64,000 bases of DNA from a virus, in IMG/VR virus record IMGVR_UViG_3300005805_000047, positions 32,001 to 96,000 of that record; one strand, 5' to 3'. Below the pieces are notes generated by a model. The model saw only the letters and a program-made list of their open reading frames with translations. It was not told the origin of the DNA and did not search any database. Positions 9,985 to 21,500 of this stretch are shown here, piece after piece. Each line of letters starts with the position of its first letter. Positions within the stretch are counted from its first letter, which is position 1. A program made the translations under genes and the position numbers.

Positions 9985-11985
9985 ATGGCTTGGAACTCAC
10001 CTAAAAACAAGGGATCGCTTGCTTCATCTGGCAAGTCAGCAGTTGGCCCCGGTGCGCCCATCGCCCAAACGCTTGGACTTGTTGGAAAATCCTACAAAGA
10101 TTCGTGGGACATTGAACGCGCCTACCGAGAGGGTATGCAACGCGTTACTTGGGTTGCTCGTTGTATTGATGTCATAGCAGGGAACCAAGCACGTCTGCCA
10201 ATTATTTTGCGGAAAGACAATTCCCCCGATGGAGAAATTCTTTCTGACAAGAAGATGAACAAATCATCTTTGCTTGAAGTTTTGAATACAAAATCAAACA
10301 TTGGCGAGAATGCTTTCATTTTCAGATACAGACTCTCAGCACAATTGCTCCTCGGCACCCGTGGTGCCTTCATTGAGAAGGTTCGTGGCAGGGATGGAAG
10401 TATCGTCGGACTAAATCTTTTGCCACCCCAAGCAACTGCCCCGATTCCCGATGCAAAGAAATTTGTTTCTGGTTATGAAGTGACACTGCCTCATGGTCAG
10501 ACAACAATTCTAAAGCCAGAGGATGTTGTTTGGGTTCGCCGACCACACCCACTTGACCCCTATCTCTCGCTAACACCCATGGAAGCAGCTGGGGTTGCTA
10601 TTGAGATAGAGAATTTTGCCAAACTTTACAATAGAAATTTCTTAATGAATGACGGTAGACCCGGCGGTTTGCTCGTCGTTCGTGGAATGCTTGACGAGGA
10701 AGACAAGGAAGAACTAAGGAATAGGTTTAGAGGAAATCTTTCTCGCGCTGGACAAACAACCGTTCTTGCCGCAGATGACGGTGCCGAATATGTTGATGTC
10801 GGCGCTTCGCCACGAGATGCTGCCTACATCCAAATGAGGCAAATAACAAAGGAGGAAATCCTTGCTTCATTCGGTGTTCCCGAATCTGTTATCGGCAATG
10901 CTTCTGGTCGAACATTTTCAAATGCTTCCGAGGAAATACGAGTGTTTTGGACCGAGACAATGCTTCCACACTTGGAGCCGATTGCCAGATCTCTTGATGA
11001 GTTAGATGATGTCAACTATGTGGACTTTGATACCAGTGAAGTGCCGGTTCTTATGCTCTACAAACAAGAACGAGAGCGCTACCTAAGTGACGAGTTCTCT
11101 CGAGGTCTCATTAGCCTCAACGAATACCGAATGGGAAGTGGTCGCAAAGAGGTTCAATCGGATCTCGCGGATTCATTGTTGATGAACCCGAACCTCACTC
11201 CAATTGGTAATACGAAAAAGAAAATGGAAGCACCACCAATGATGATGCCGGGTGGTCCGCCACAGGGTGCCGTACCCGGAATGGAAGCAGGCGGGCAACC
11301 TCCAGCAATGCCAGAAATGCCGGGGGCAGGCACTCCACCAGCACCAGAAGGTGCAGAGCCAGACACAATGGCTGGGGCAATCGCCGCCGCCATGCAGCAA
11401 GCCAACCCATCTGGGGCAACCGATGTCCCAATGGCAACGGCAGAGCCAGCACCAATTGGTCAAGTTCCAGTCGAGGTGAAAGAAGCAGATTCAGAGAGGG
11501 CAGTGGAGCGATGGGCAGAAATACTTGGACGCTCATTGGAACGACTCATTGAAAGACAGCAAAGAGTTGTTATGGAGAAGTCCTTTGGGTCGAAGTCAAG
11601 GAAGGCACTGTCATCTGGAACCCTTGAATCTTCATCGGTGTTCAACAAGGACATCTGGGTCAAGCAATTGGAAGACGATGTTCGTCCAGTACTGTTCGCC
11701 ATCATGCAGGACTCAGCAGAATCTAACGGCCTGCCAAAACCAGAAAAGAAAGACATGTTGAAAGCGGCAGAACTGAGCTTGTTGCAACTCCAGGATTTAA
11801 ATGAACAAATTGGCAGAGATATTGAAACGGCAATTAAGTCAGCAATCTCCACAACGGGCGAAAATGCTCGGTCGGCTGTGTTCCGAGAAACCCTTATTGA
11901 GAGCTATGCCCAGATTGATGCCAAGGATCGATTTGTTCTCGCTCAGCATGTTGCGTCATCGCTTTGGGGTCAATTTAGTAATTAG
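9985..11985 (+). CDS. HK97-family portal protein with Pro/Met-rich linker and C-terminal extension
   Basis: WVARCIDVIA, LLLGTRGAF, LSLTPMEAA, NDGRPGGLL, EILASFGVPES.IG. Confidence 0.93.
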   Translation: MAWNSPKNKGSLASSGKSAVGPGAPIAQTLGLVGKSYKDSWDIERAYREGMQRVTWVARCIDVIAGNQARLPIILRKDNSPDGEILSDKKMNKSSLLEVLNTKSNIGENAFIFRYRLSAQLLLGTRGAFIEKVRGRDGSIVGLNLLPPQATAPIPDAKKFVSGYEVTLPHGQTTILKPEDVVWVRRPHPLDPYLSLTPMEAAGVAIEIENFAKLYNRNFLMNDGRPGGLLVVRGMLDEEDKEELRNRFRGNLSRAGQTTVLAADDGAEYVDVGASPRDAAYIQMRQITKEEILASFGVPESVIGNASGRTFSNASEEIRVFWTETMLPHLEPIARSLDELDDVNYVDFDTSEVPVLMLYKQERERYLSDEFSRGLISLNEYRMGSGRKEVQSDLADSLLMNPNLTPIGNTKKKMEAPPMMMPGGPPQGAVPGMEAGGQPPAMPEMPGAGTPPAPEGAEPDTMAGAIAAAMQQANPSGATDVPMATAEPAPIGQVPVEVKEADSERAVERWAEILGRSLERLIERQQRVVMEKSFGSKSRKALSSGTLESSSVFNKDIWVKQLEDDVRPVLFAIMQDSAESNGLPKPEKKDMLKAAELSLLQLQDLNEQIGRDIETAIKSAISTTGENARSAVFRETLIESYAQIDAKDRFVLAQHVASSLWGQFSN

Positions 11986-12075
11986 GAATTGCTATTACTG
12001 AATTGATAGTAGTAGTTGCGTCAACCCCAGTAAATGTTGGTTTATCATTACTGAGCGCAACACCGGCAAGGCAGG

Positions 12076-12585
12076 ATGATGGACAACCTTCTTTTTAAGT
12101 CAGGCAACAGTGGTCAAGTAAACATTGATGAGGCGCAGGGCATAGTTGAGTGCTTTGTAGCTGGAATCGGAAACAAGGACTCTGTCGGCGATGTTGTTAT
12201 TTCTGGTGCATTTGCCAAGAGCCTTCTCAGAAGAAAACCACGAGTCGTTTGGGGGCATTCGTGGAATGATCCAATCGGTAAAGTTTTGGAAATGTACGAA
12301 GTTCCCATTGGGGACTATCGCCTACCAGCCAAGATGCGCAATGCAGGAATTGGCGGTCTTTATGCCAAGGTTCAGTTCAACCTAAATTCAGAAAAAGGCA
12401 AAGAGGCTTTTGCGACCGTTGCATTCTTCGGCGAAGATCAAGAGTGGTCTATTGGTTACAAAACCATCGATTCAGTTTTTGACCCAAACCTGCAAGCAAA
12501 CATTCTCAAAGAAGTTGAACTGTACGAAGTATCACCAGTTCTTCATGGCGCAAATCAACTAACTGGAACAATCTCAATTAAGGGC
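12076..12585 (+). other. HK97-type prohead protease domain (peptidase S78) of the giant protein
   Basis: GNKDSVGDVV..GAF..SL, WGH (His at 12256)...PIGK, WSIGY (Ser at 12448), LYEVSPV..GAN. Confidence 0.92.
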
Positions 12586-15500
12586 GATGAGAAGGGTCAT
12601 ATGCCCATTATTCCAATGCCGGGAATGGGGGCAACAATGATGCAGGAAATGCCCCGCATTGTTGTTATTGCTGCCCCACAGGATGGTGCCAACGAATCAA
12701 GTGAAGGCGACCCATTTGCTGCAGGAATGTCACAGGAACTTTCACAGCCAGACAAGATGGCACTTCAAGCAGAACTAACTGAACGAACTGGTTCGAAGAT
12801 TGAAGTAATGAATGCAACCGAGAACACCGTCGTGTTTAGACGTACAACACAAGATGGCAAAGCATCGATGTACAGACTCCCTTATCACAGGGAGGGTGAC
12901 CAATATATGTTTGGAAAGCCAGAACCATACACCGCAAACAACCCGACACCTCAACCAATGCAGAATATTGAGCAGAAGCCAGGTGCACCAGTCGTCGTCC
13001 CAAATGGTGGTATTGCATATCGCAATGATGACCAACAAGAAATGCTAAGTATGTTCTCCAACGAGAACATGGTTCAGTCGCCATGGGGTAAGTCAGATGT
13101 ATCCCACCTCATTGAACTACCAGAGTCATACATGGCGAGTGCGAAAGATTTTATTTCTCCAGTTCTTCGCCACCACAAACTTGCTGCCCGACCAAATGCT
13201 AAGGGAATTGTCATTGATGGGTTATTGACAGCAAATGCACTAGATGCTCTCCAGAATGCCGTCAAGGCTTTGGGAGCAACGCTCGGCCAAACGAGCGGAA
13301 ACATTGGCCAGGCAATTGGAAAGATTCGCGACCTTGCGCAAACATTCAATCCGTATGCGCTTGACGGTGACGGCGACGGGTTTGTTCAAGACGGAAGTGC
13401 ATTCCAAAGACCGTATATTCCTATCAAGAAGCCTGGTTTTGATTTACCAGATGTCCGAGGTCGCAAGCGAAGCGGCGATGTACTACTTGACAAGCCACGC
13501 TCTACTCCGAAACTTCCCAAAGACAAGAACACTTGGACTCGCGCACAACGCAACGAAGCGCTACTTGCAGGCATTGTTGAACCAGAGACCAGAGAAGATG
13601 TTTCATTCCTTGCCAATCGTCGCCCAGAAAATGAGGGACTTGCCAAGTATTGGGACATGTCGGAATCTGATCTCACTAAAGAGGGAAACCGACTCGTCAA
13701 TTCCAGAAGGCAATCCACTGGTGCTGAGAAGGAGAAGATTGACGAAGAGTTGCTGAAGGTTTCGCACGAATTCCAGCGACGCGCTTCGTATGCCGAAACA
13801 TTTGGTCAAGAGTTTGTGCCGCCAGCAAAACGCGAAGTCCCAGAAGCGATGGTTCCGGAAGCAGATAAGCCAAAGCCGGCCAAGCCAGGTAGAACAGAAG
13901 CAGAAGGTCTTGCATCTGCCGGAAAAGTGTTTGATGCCCTGAATACCGATGACCTGACAGATGGCAAGGGTTATCGAAAATGGGAAGACTTGGACGATGA
14001 CGAAAAGTTGGAAATGTTCCAAGAAGTCCAATATGACTACCTGTACGAAAACTACGGAAATCTTGGCGACGATGGTCTCGTTGAAGCAATGGAAGATCCT
14101 AGGTATGACGACGAAATCCTCGAACACGCAGAAATGGTTTATGACAAGATAAAAGCCAAGCGCGAAGAAGATGGCGACATGGCGGCAGATTCCGCTATGG
14201 ATAGGGCGCGCGAAGAGGATGGCTTTGGTTCACGTGGAGAAGAACCAGATGCTGATTCACTGGCTCAGCGCGACAGAGAGAGGGCACTTGACGAACAAGC
14301 AGATGCTGCTCTTGATCGTGCCCTTGAAGGTTTCATTGATAAATATGGCGAAGATGAGTTTGACAAGTTAACAGCAGAAGAGCAGGACATCCTCCTTGAG
14401 CAGGGCAGAGATCAAGCAAGGGGACTTGCATCATCTGGAAGCAAACTGCATACCAATACCGATGTATTGATGGAAATTGCTCGCCGCGATGGCTGGAGGG
14501 GTGGCGACAAGCAACCTCCTGTTAGGTCGTACCGAAAAGCACAGGAAGCCCTTGACGACTGGAACAAGCTCTCATTGGAAGAGCGCAACAGCCTGCTTGA
14601 TAACGATGAACCAACAATCAAAGAATTTGTGGATGCACTACTCAAAGCCCGCGACAACAGACTTGCTGGAATCAGATCCGTTCAAGCCGAGCGCAGAAAT
14701 GCCGAACGAAAGCGTCGTGCCGCAGAGGAAAAACTAAAGAGACAGTTTGCCCGCGGCGATACATCGGGCGTAGATACGAGTGCGCTTGCGGACTATTTCC
14801 CCGAGGACGAATACGGCAACCTTGGCCGAAGTGGTCGTGAGTATGTCGATGCTGTTTTGACAAACTGGGCAGAAATGTCCCAAGCTGACAGAGATAAAGC
14901 AATCCGCGATAACAGAACTATCGTCGAGGATCCAGATTCTGTTGTTGAGACCCTCAGGGATGCACTCAGTGAATACGGATACAAAAATCCCAAAATCGCA
15001 CAATTCCTTGATGAAGCAGAAGCAGAAGCAGACATGCTGGAGATGTCTGGTTTCGAATCGCGGGGTGAGGGCAAGTTCGGGTCAAACCCCGAGGACAGCA
15101 AGGCCGCACAAATATTTGATGCAATTCTTGACAAGTACTGGAAGATGTGGGGATTTGATGTTCCCGATGCAGATGACAAGGGTTGGGATGAGCCGTTTGG
15201 TTTTGCCAGTCTTGGAAATGACGAGGAAGTAAAGCAATCAAAACTTGATGAACTCGTTGGCGGTGTCAGGGAAAGATTGATTGCCGAACTTGAGACTGCC
15301 GATCCAGCAACATGGAGACCATCTTGGAGAAATGATTCTCTTCCAATCAATCCGATAACCGGAAAACCATACAGGGGCTTCAATGCATTCTGGTTGATGA
15401 TGCGCACAAGTGGCGAGAACTACAGAACTGGTCGGTTTGCTGGCTTTAATCAATTGAAAGCACGTGGTGCTCAAGTTCGCAAGGGCGAGAAGGGTGTTCC

Positions 15501-18500
15501 CATCCTGCGTCCACAGTTGGTCAAGAAGGAAGATGAAGACGGCAACATTAAGGAATTTGTTGTATTCCGTGGTGCAACCGTATTCAATATTGACCAAGCT
15601 GATGGTGGCGACGAGGCCCTCAGGGCAATACCGGCCGACCTGCCAGAGTCGCAAAGAATTGCAATCCTTGATGAAACATTGAAGGAACTTGGCGTAAGTG
15701 TTCGTACAGAGAACATCACACCGCACTACAACCCGGATGGCGATTACATCTCCATGCCAGATTTCTCAAAGGGAACCAGCCCGCTTGAATGGACTTCAAC
15801 ACTTGCCCATGAGGCAGTGCACTGGACTGGGCACAAGTCGCGCCTTGATCGACCAAGCCTCAGGGATTACAGTTCAGACAAGAAGGTCAGAGCATACGAG
15901 GAACTTGTAGCAGAAATTGGTTCCGCAATGTTGCTCGCCGCACACGGAATAGATGCTCCGTTCCGCCAGGATCACGCCCCATACATCAAGGGTTGGGTTT
16001 CGCTTTTGAAAGACGACCCTGATGCTCTTGGTAATGCATTCAAAGATGCGCAGGCCGCAGTCAACCACATGCTTGAGAAGTCACCAAACCTGCGCAAACT
16101 ATTCGGTGGTCTTGATAATGGCAAGAAAGCACCCGACGTTGATGCCTCAACAGAAGTCAATGTTCCTGTTGGTGCGAGCGAGGGTTTTGCATCGCTACAT
16201 CGCGTTCGCACCCCAGGTAGCGAAGCACTTGCTGGAGTTCTATATGACGACAACAGCGGCGAACTCATGGTCGGCTTCCTCAAGGGTAAGTCGTGGGATG
16301 ATTTGGGCGATGATGAGAGAATCGCTTGGATTGACCGCGTCAATGCAGGGCGCGCAGAAGTTGGTGGATACAAGCGTCCGCTTAACGACTCAGAAATTGA
16401 CGACTTGGCACGTGAAGCATACGAAGATGCTCGTGATGTTGGTTGGTACGTCTATGAAGGCGTCACCATGGAAGAAGTTCAGGAACTTGCCGCAGTAAAG
16501 AGCAAGGGTCGCCACATCAATGCCCTAAAGAAACTCAAGAAGGCCCGCAAGGCATCCGATGAAGATCAGTTCAACTTTTTTGGAAGGTCTGAGCGTGTCC
16601 AAGATGTAGCAAAGACAAAGCAGACCGATGGTTTCTCCTCGCGTGGTGGAAACGACAACATGATTGTCGAAAGAGACCCACGAACTGGTTATATAACAAT
16701 TAGTGCGATGGTTACGGGTGACCGTGGTGCCAGCGAAGAGAATCGCGGAACACGACGAATGAGGGTCATAGTTGCCGGCGGCTCAATAGCCGAAGCAAAA
16801 CGAAATTTCAGAAACAGAATGAAAGAGGACAAAGTTTCATTCGCTGGCGACAGTGATGGATTTGCCTCACGCGGACCTGCTGAACCAAACGAGGGATTGC
16901 GCCGGCATAAATTGATGCCAGTAGATATCCGTGAGAGAATGCCAGAACTTTACTCAACAGAAGATGTGGATACCGAAGATAAGATTTTGGCAGTAAAGTT
17001 TTTCTCACCATACTCCAATTGGACTTGGTACGGAGTTGAGTTTGACGGCGAAGATACTTTCTTTGGTTATGTAGAAGGATTTGAAAAAGAGTGGGGCAAC
17101 TTCTCCCTCAGTGAACTTGCTGGTGCACAGTTGGGTAATGGAATTCCTGCCGTTGAAAGGGACATGAGCTTCCGACCAACGAAGTTTGAGGATCTCAATG
17201 GCGAAGGAATGCCAACAATCACCGAGGATGGGTTTGCTTCCGGTGGCTCAAAGAGAATTGGTATTGAGCCGCAATACAACGATCCACGATGGATTGACAA
17301 AACCCAACAGCGAATTCTGAAACAAAATACAGACTGGAATAGTTTGTCACATGATGACCAAATTGATTGGGCAAACTCTTTCCTTGACGAGTATCTCAGA
17401 GAAAATGAAATGGGTCATGGTTTGTCGGATGTTGCCAACGGTCGCAGACTGACTGGTCGCCCAGACATTGACCTACTGAACTATGCAGAGGATGCATACA
17501 GCAAAATGTCAGATGCACATATGCGTAGGCGAGCCCAATTTGGTGAAACAGACGAAGGTTTTTCATCCGTTGGTCGTCGTACTCGCAGGCTCGGAACCAA
17601 GCCAAGCGATGCCGTTGACTACGTTGCGTGGGATCCAGAGACAGAGAGCCTCTTTGTTGCCTACAAGCGCGGTGACGGTCGTTCACAGATGTATGTCTAC
17701 GAAGGTGTCAACTCCGATGAGGCATTGGCAGTCGAGAATGCAGACAGCCTCGGTAAGGCAATCAACGCAATCAAGAGAGCCAAGAATGTCCGACAGGCAA
17801 CCCCAGAAGAAGTGATGGGTCTTGCCGATACGGATAAGAGAGAAGCGAGCGAGACAAGGAAGCGACTCGCCAGATTGGTGCTTGAAGAGACCAGAGATGC
17901 CCTCAAGGGGATGGAAGTTGAATTCTTGAGCGACACTGAAATAAATGTGTCGGATGGTTCAGAAAAAATGGTTCGCGTCTCCCTTGACCCGGACACATTG
18001 GAGTTTACGGTCAGCAAGATTCGCACTATTCGCGGCGGCAGGGAAGAGCCAGATGATGAAGAGCTCTACGATAGCGAAAGCGCACTAAGTGCCGGAGATG
18101 TGCGAACGCTTACCGGTCTCTTCATGAACGACCTTCAGAAAGATCTGGATGAGGAAAGTCGTCTTGAGCGAGAAATTGATGATGCTCGACGCGAACTTGA
18201 CATGGCCGGAGATGCTCCAGGGGTCGAGAATGTCGATGTTACATACTCAACAGCACTAGATGCAGTTGATTACAACCCGTCAACACAGGAACTCCGTGTT
18301 TCGTACAAAGACGGCGGAACATACATTTACGAAGGCGTTGACCGAACTGCATTTGAGGAATTCAAGTCTGCCCCAAGCAAGGGTCGCGCAATGAACGACA
18401 TTAAGCGCGCCCACCCATACCGAAAAGATAGCGAGTGGACTGGCGGTGTCGATGAGGATCGTGGCATAGAGGAATTTGATGTTCGTGGCTCAGAAGCAGT

Positions 18501-21500
18501 TGAGAAAGTCACCTATGACCCGAGCAAGGAAGAACTCACGGTCGTTTATTCTGGTGGTAAGGGCTACGTCTACACGGCAGTTACCCGAGAAGAAGCAGAT
18601 GCTGTTCGTTCAGCACCAAGTAAGGGTCGCGCAATTAATGATGTAAAGCGTACCCACGATGTTCGAAAGGCAGATGCACCAGTAGAGGAACGACCAACTG
18701 GCAGTCGTGGAATATCTCCTGATGTCAGTAAGGGAAAGTCGTTTGATGAAAGACTGGAACTTCTTGAAAAGTTGACACAAGAAGAAGATGACTTGGCAGA
18801 CCGCCTAAGCGGAGAGTTTGATGGTGCTAATCCAAAGGGTGATTACCTTACCCGTGGCGATGCACAGGGGTCGGCCACTGCCACAAGTCGCAAGAAATAC
18901 GGAACCGATGCATTCAAGCTGCTCAATGATTTGTTTTCCTCTGCAACACCAGCAGAGCGAGAGAAGATTAGGGAATGGTTTGATGGGCGCGAAAAGAGAA
19001 TGTCGGCAGAAAGAGCCGCTCGTACATCACGAACGATTGATCCCGCACCGACAGCAGCACCCAAAATGCCAACTCGCAAACCACCACGAGGTGGCAAGCG
19101 TGTCCGCAACCGCAATGTGGTTATTGAGATGGAGCAGGGCACCCTTGATGAAATTATGGAGGCAGAATCCAAGAACATCACGGTGGATGCGCTTCGTGAT
19201 GCCGCTGGTTCCGTAAATGGAAAGTACACAAAGGGTCCACGTAAGGGCAAGAACAGGGGTTCGGACACCATTACGGTGAGAGATGCAGAAACCGGCGAAC
19301 TCCTCCATGCTAACGAAATACTTCTCACATCATCTGTCATGCGCGGCAGTCCAACGGCTGCCAATAGGAAGCGCGGCTACATCAGAGCACGTTCGTATGC
19401 TGGTCGTCAAGGGCACAACATCACCAAAGATGAAGGTCCAAGTCTGCGCGGCGAAGGTCGTGGAATGACCGATTACGACAAGCGCGTGTACGGTCTTGGC
19501 TCAGATGAAAAGAACCGCGAATACGGTCTCGCTTCACGGTCAAGTCTTGACAGATTGCTGACTGAGCCAACTCCCCAAGAAGAGGTGGAATCCTTCCAGA
19601 GATATCTTGACTCCGAGTACGGCGAGTACTTCATGGACTACACCCAAATGGATGATGAGGAACTCAAGAAAACCTTGATGCAGCGTTACCGAATGAGTCG
19701 CAGTGAAGCAAATGCAACTGCCAGACAGATTCGCAAGGATCAAGACACTTTGGATGAGCTGTACATGGCGGCAGATGATGCTGGCTTTGATTCTCGTGGC
19801 GGACGAGAACTTGTCGTTCCTGACGAATATCGCATGTATGGCGTGACCAAGGATGCCCTACTGGATGAACTATATAGCGAAGATCTAGATGAGGACGAAG
19901 CAGAAAGAATTGCTGATTACTGGGCTCAATCTGATGGTTTGTGGGATAAGTATTTGGATCGCGCAATCAGTAACAACGAGGGCAATGTACTTAGGGCAGT
20001 ATCAGATGCAGCACAACAAGCCTACGAGGATTACCTCAGTGCATCAGCGGACAGCCTTGAGCAGAGACGACTTGACGGCTTTGCCTCGCGTGGTCAGCGC
20101 CTTGGCGAAATTAGGCCGATGGAAACTGCTGGTAATAACTGGATTGAATCAGCACGGCTTGCAGAACCTCTTGACATAATTAATCTTGAAGATGATGATG
20201 CAAGGGAGAAATTTGAGGAAGCCCTAATTGAGGCCGGGGTGCTTGATCGCATCAATACGTCTGAGTACATGGACGATGTCTATGAAAGAATTCTCGTATT
20301 TGCACCAGACACCGACAACGGAATAATGGAAGCAGCCAGTGGTAACCAAGCTAGGAATGCACCAAGAACTCGATACATAGTCCCCACCAAGGACAATAAA
20401 TATGCAATCGTTGAATTTAGTGGCGACTACGACGGTGCACCAGATGGACCTCCGGGTTATTACCCGAACTACGAAGTGGTGGATACGGCCCCGTCAATTG
20501 GAAGCGCCATAAGAAATGTTCAGAAACGTGAACAAAACGACATTGGTGCCCCTACCGGCAGGGCAGGAGGTCGTACATCGGAAGAAGGCTTTACATCCAG
20601 CAGCTACGAAAGTGATGCTGAGTTTCTGACTAGAAGAGCCAAAGAGCGAGAAGATGTGCTTAATGCACCAGTAGTAAAGGGAGAAAAGAGCCCATTACTA
20701 GACATGAGTCCATATAGCGCATTTGATGCATTCTATGGTGGCGGCTCCAAGTTCATTAGGCGCAGTGAGCAAACCTATGATATCTACGGTCCGGTTTCAA
20801 TGCCAATCGCTCAACAAGACAGTGCATTCCATACTGGATTTGCCGATCAAATAGTCAAAGACTTCTCCAGAAGTAATCTGACAATTGATGAACTTGCAGA
20901 CCGATTTGATATCACGCCAACCCAAGTTCAGGAAGTTCTTTTGGATGCCAAAGCAAACATGCTTGACCTTGAGCGACTGCGCGAGAAACAAAAAAAGACA
21001 TCGTTGCGGTCAACAGAAGAATCTGATATTAGGGCCGGCGAAAGGGTGGAGAAAATTTTTGTTGGCGATCGCAAGCATACAGACATCCCAGAATTGACCG
21101 GAGAAGCCCTTGCAAGACGAGAGCAGAGACTGGCGCATCGAAGAGCCTTGGCAGAGAATGATGCCATAAGAGAAAAAGAAGGTGCTGCGCTGAAAGAACT
21201 TGAGCGCACCACAGAGTATCGAGATGCAGAAAGCAATTACAGCCGAGCTCAAACCTATAACCGTCAACACGAGTACTGGATTGGTAAAGGTATAGAACTC
21301 CAGGAAAACATAGACAATCTCAAGGAGACAGACGACCTGTCTCTCCTCACCACCAGTGCATTAAACGGCGAGGACGTTCTTGACATACTCAAAGAAATAA
21401 ATGAAGATTGGGATTTGGATTTTAGAGATCCAACTGCCGATTGGTACGAAAATGACTATGGGACTTTGGTTGATTGGGATGGCGAAGAAGTTAGTTACGA

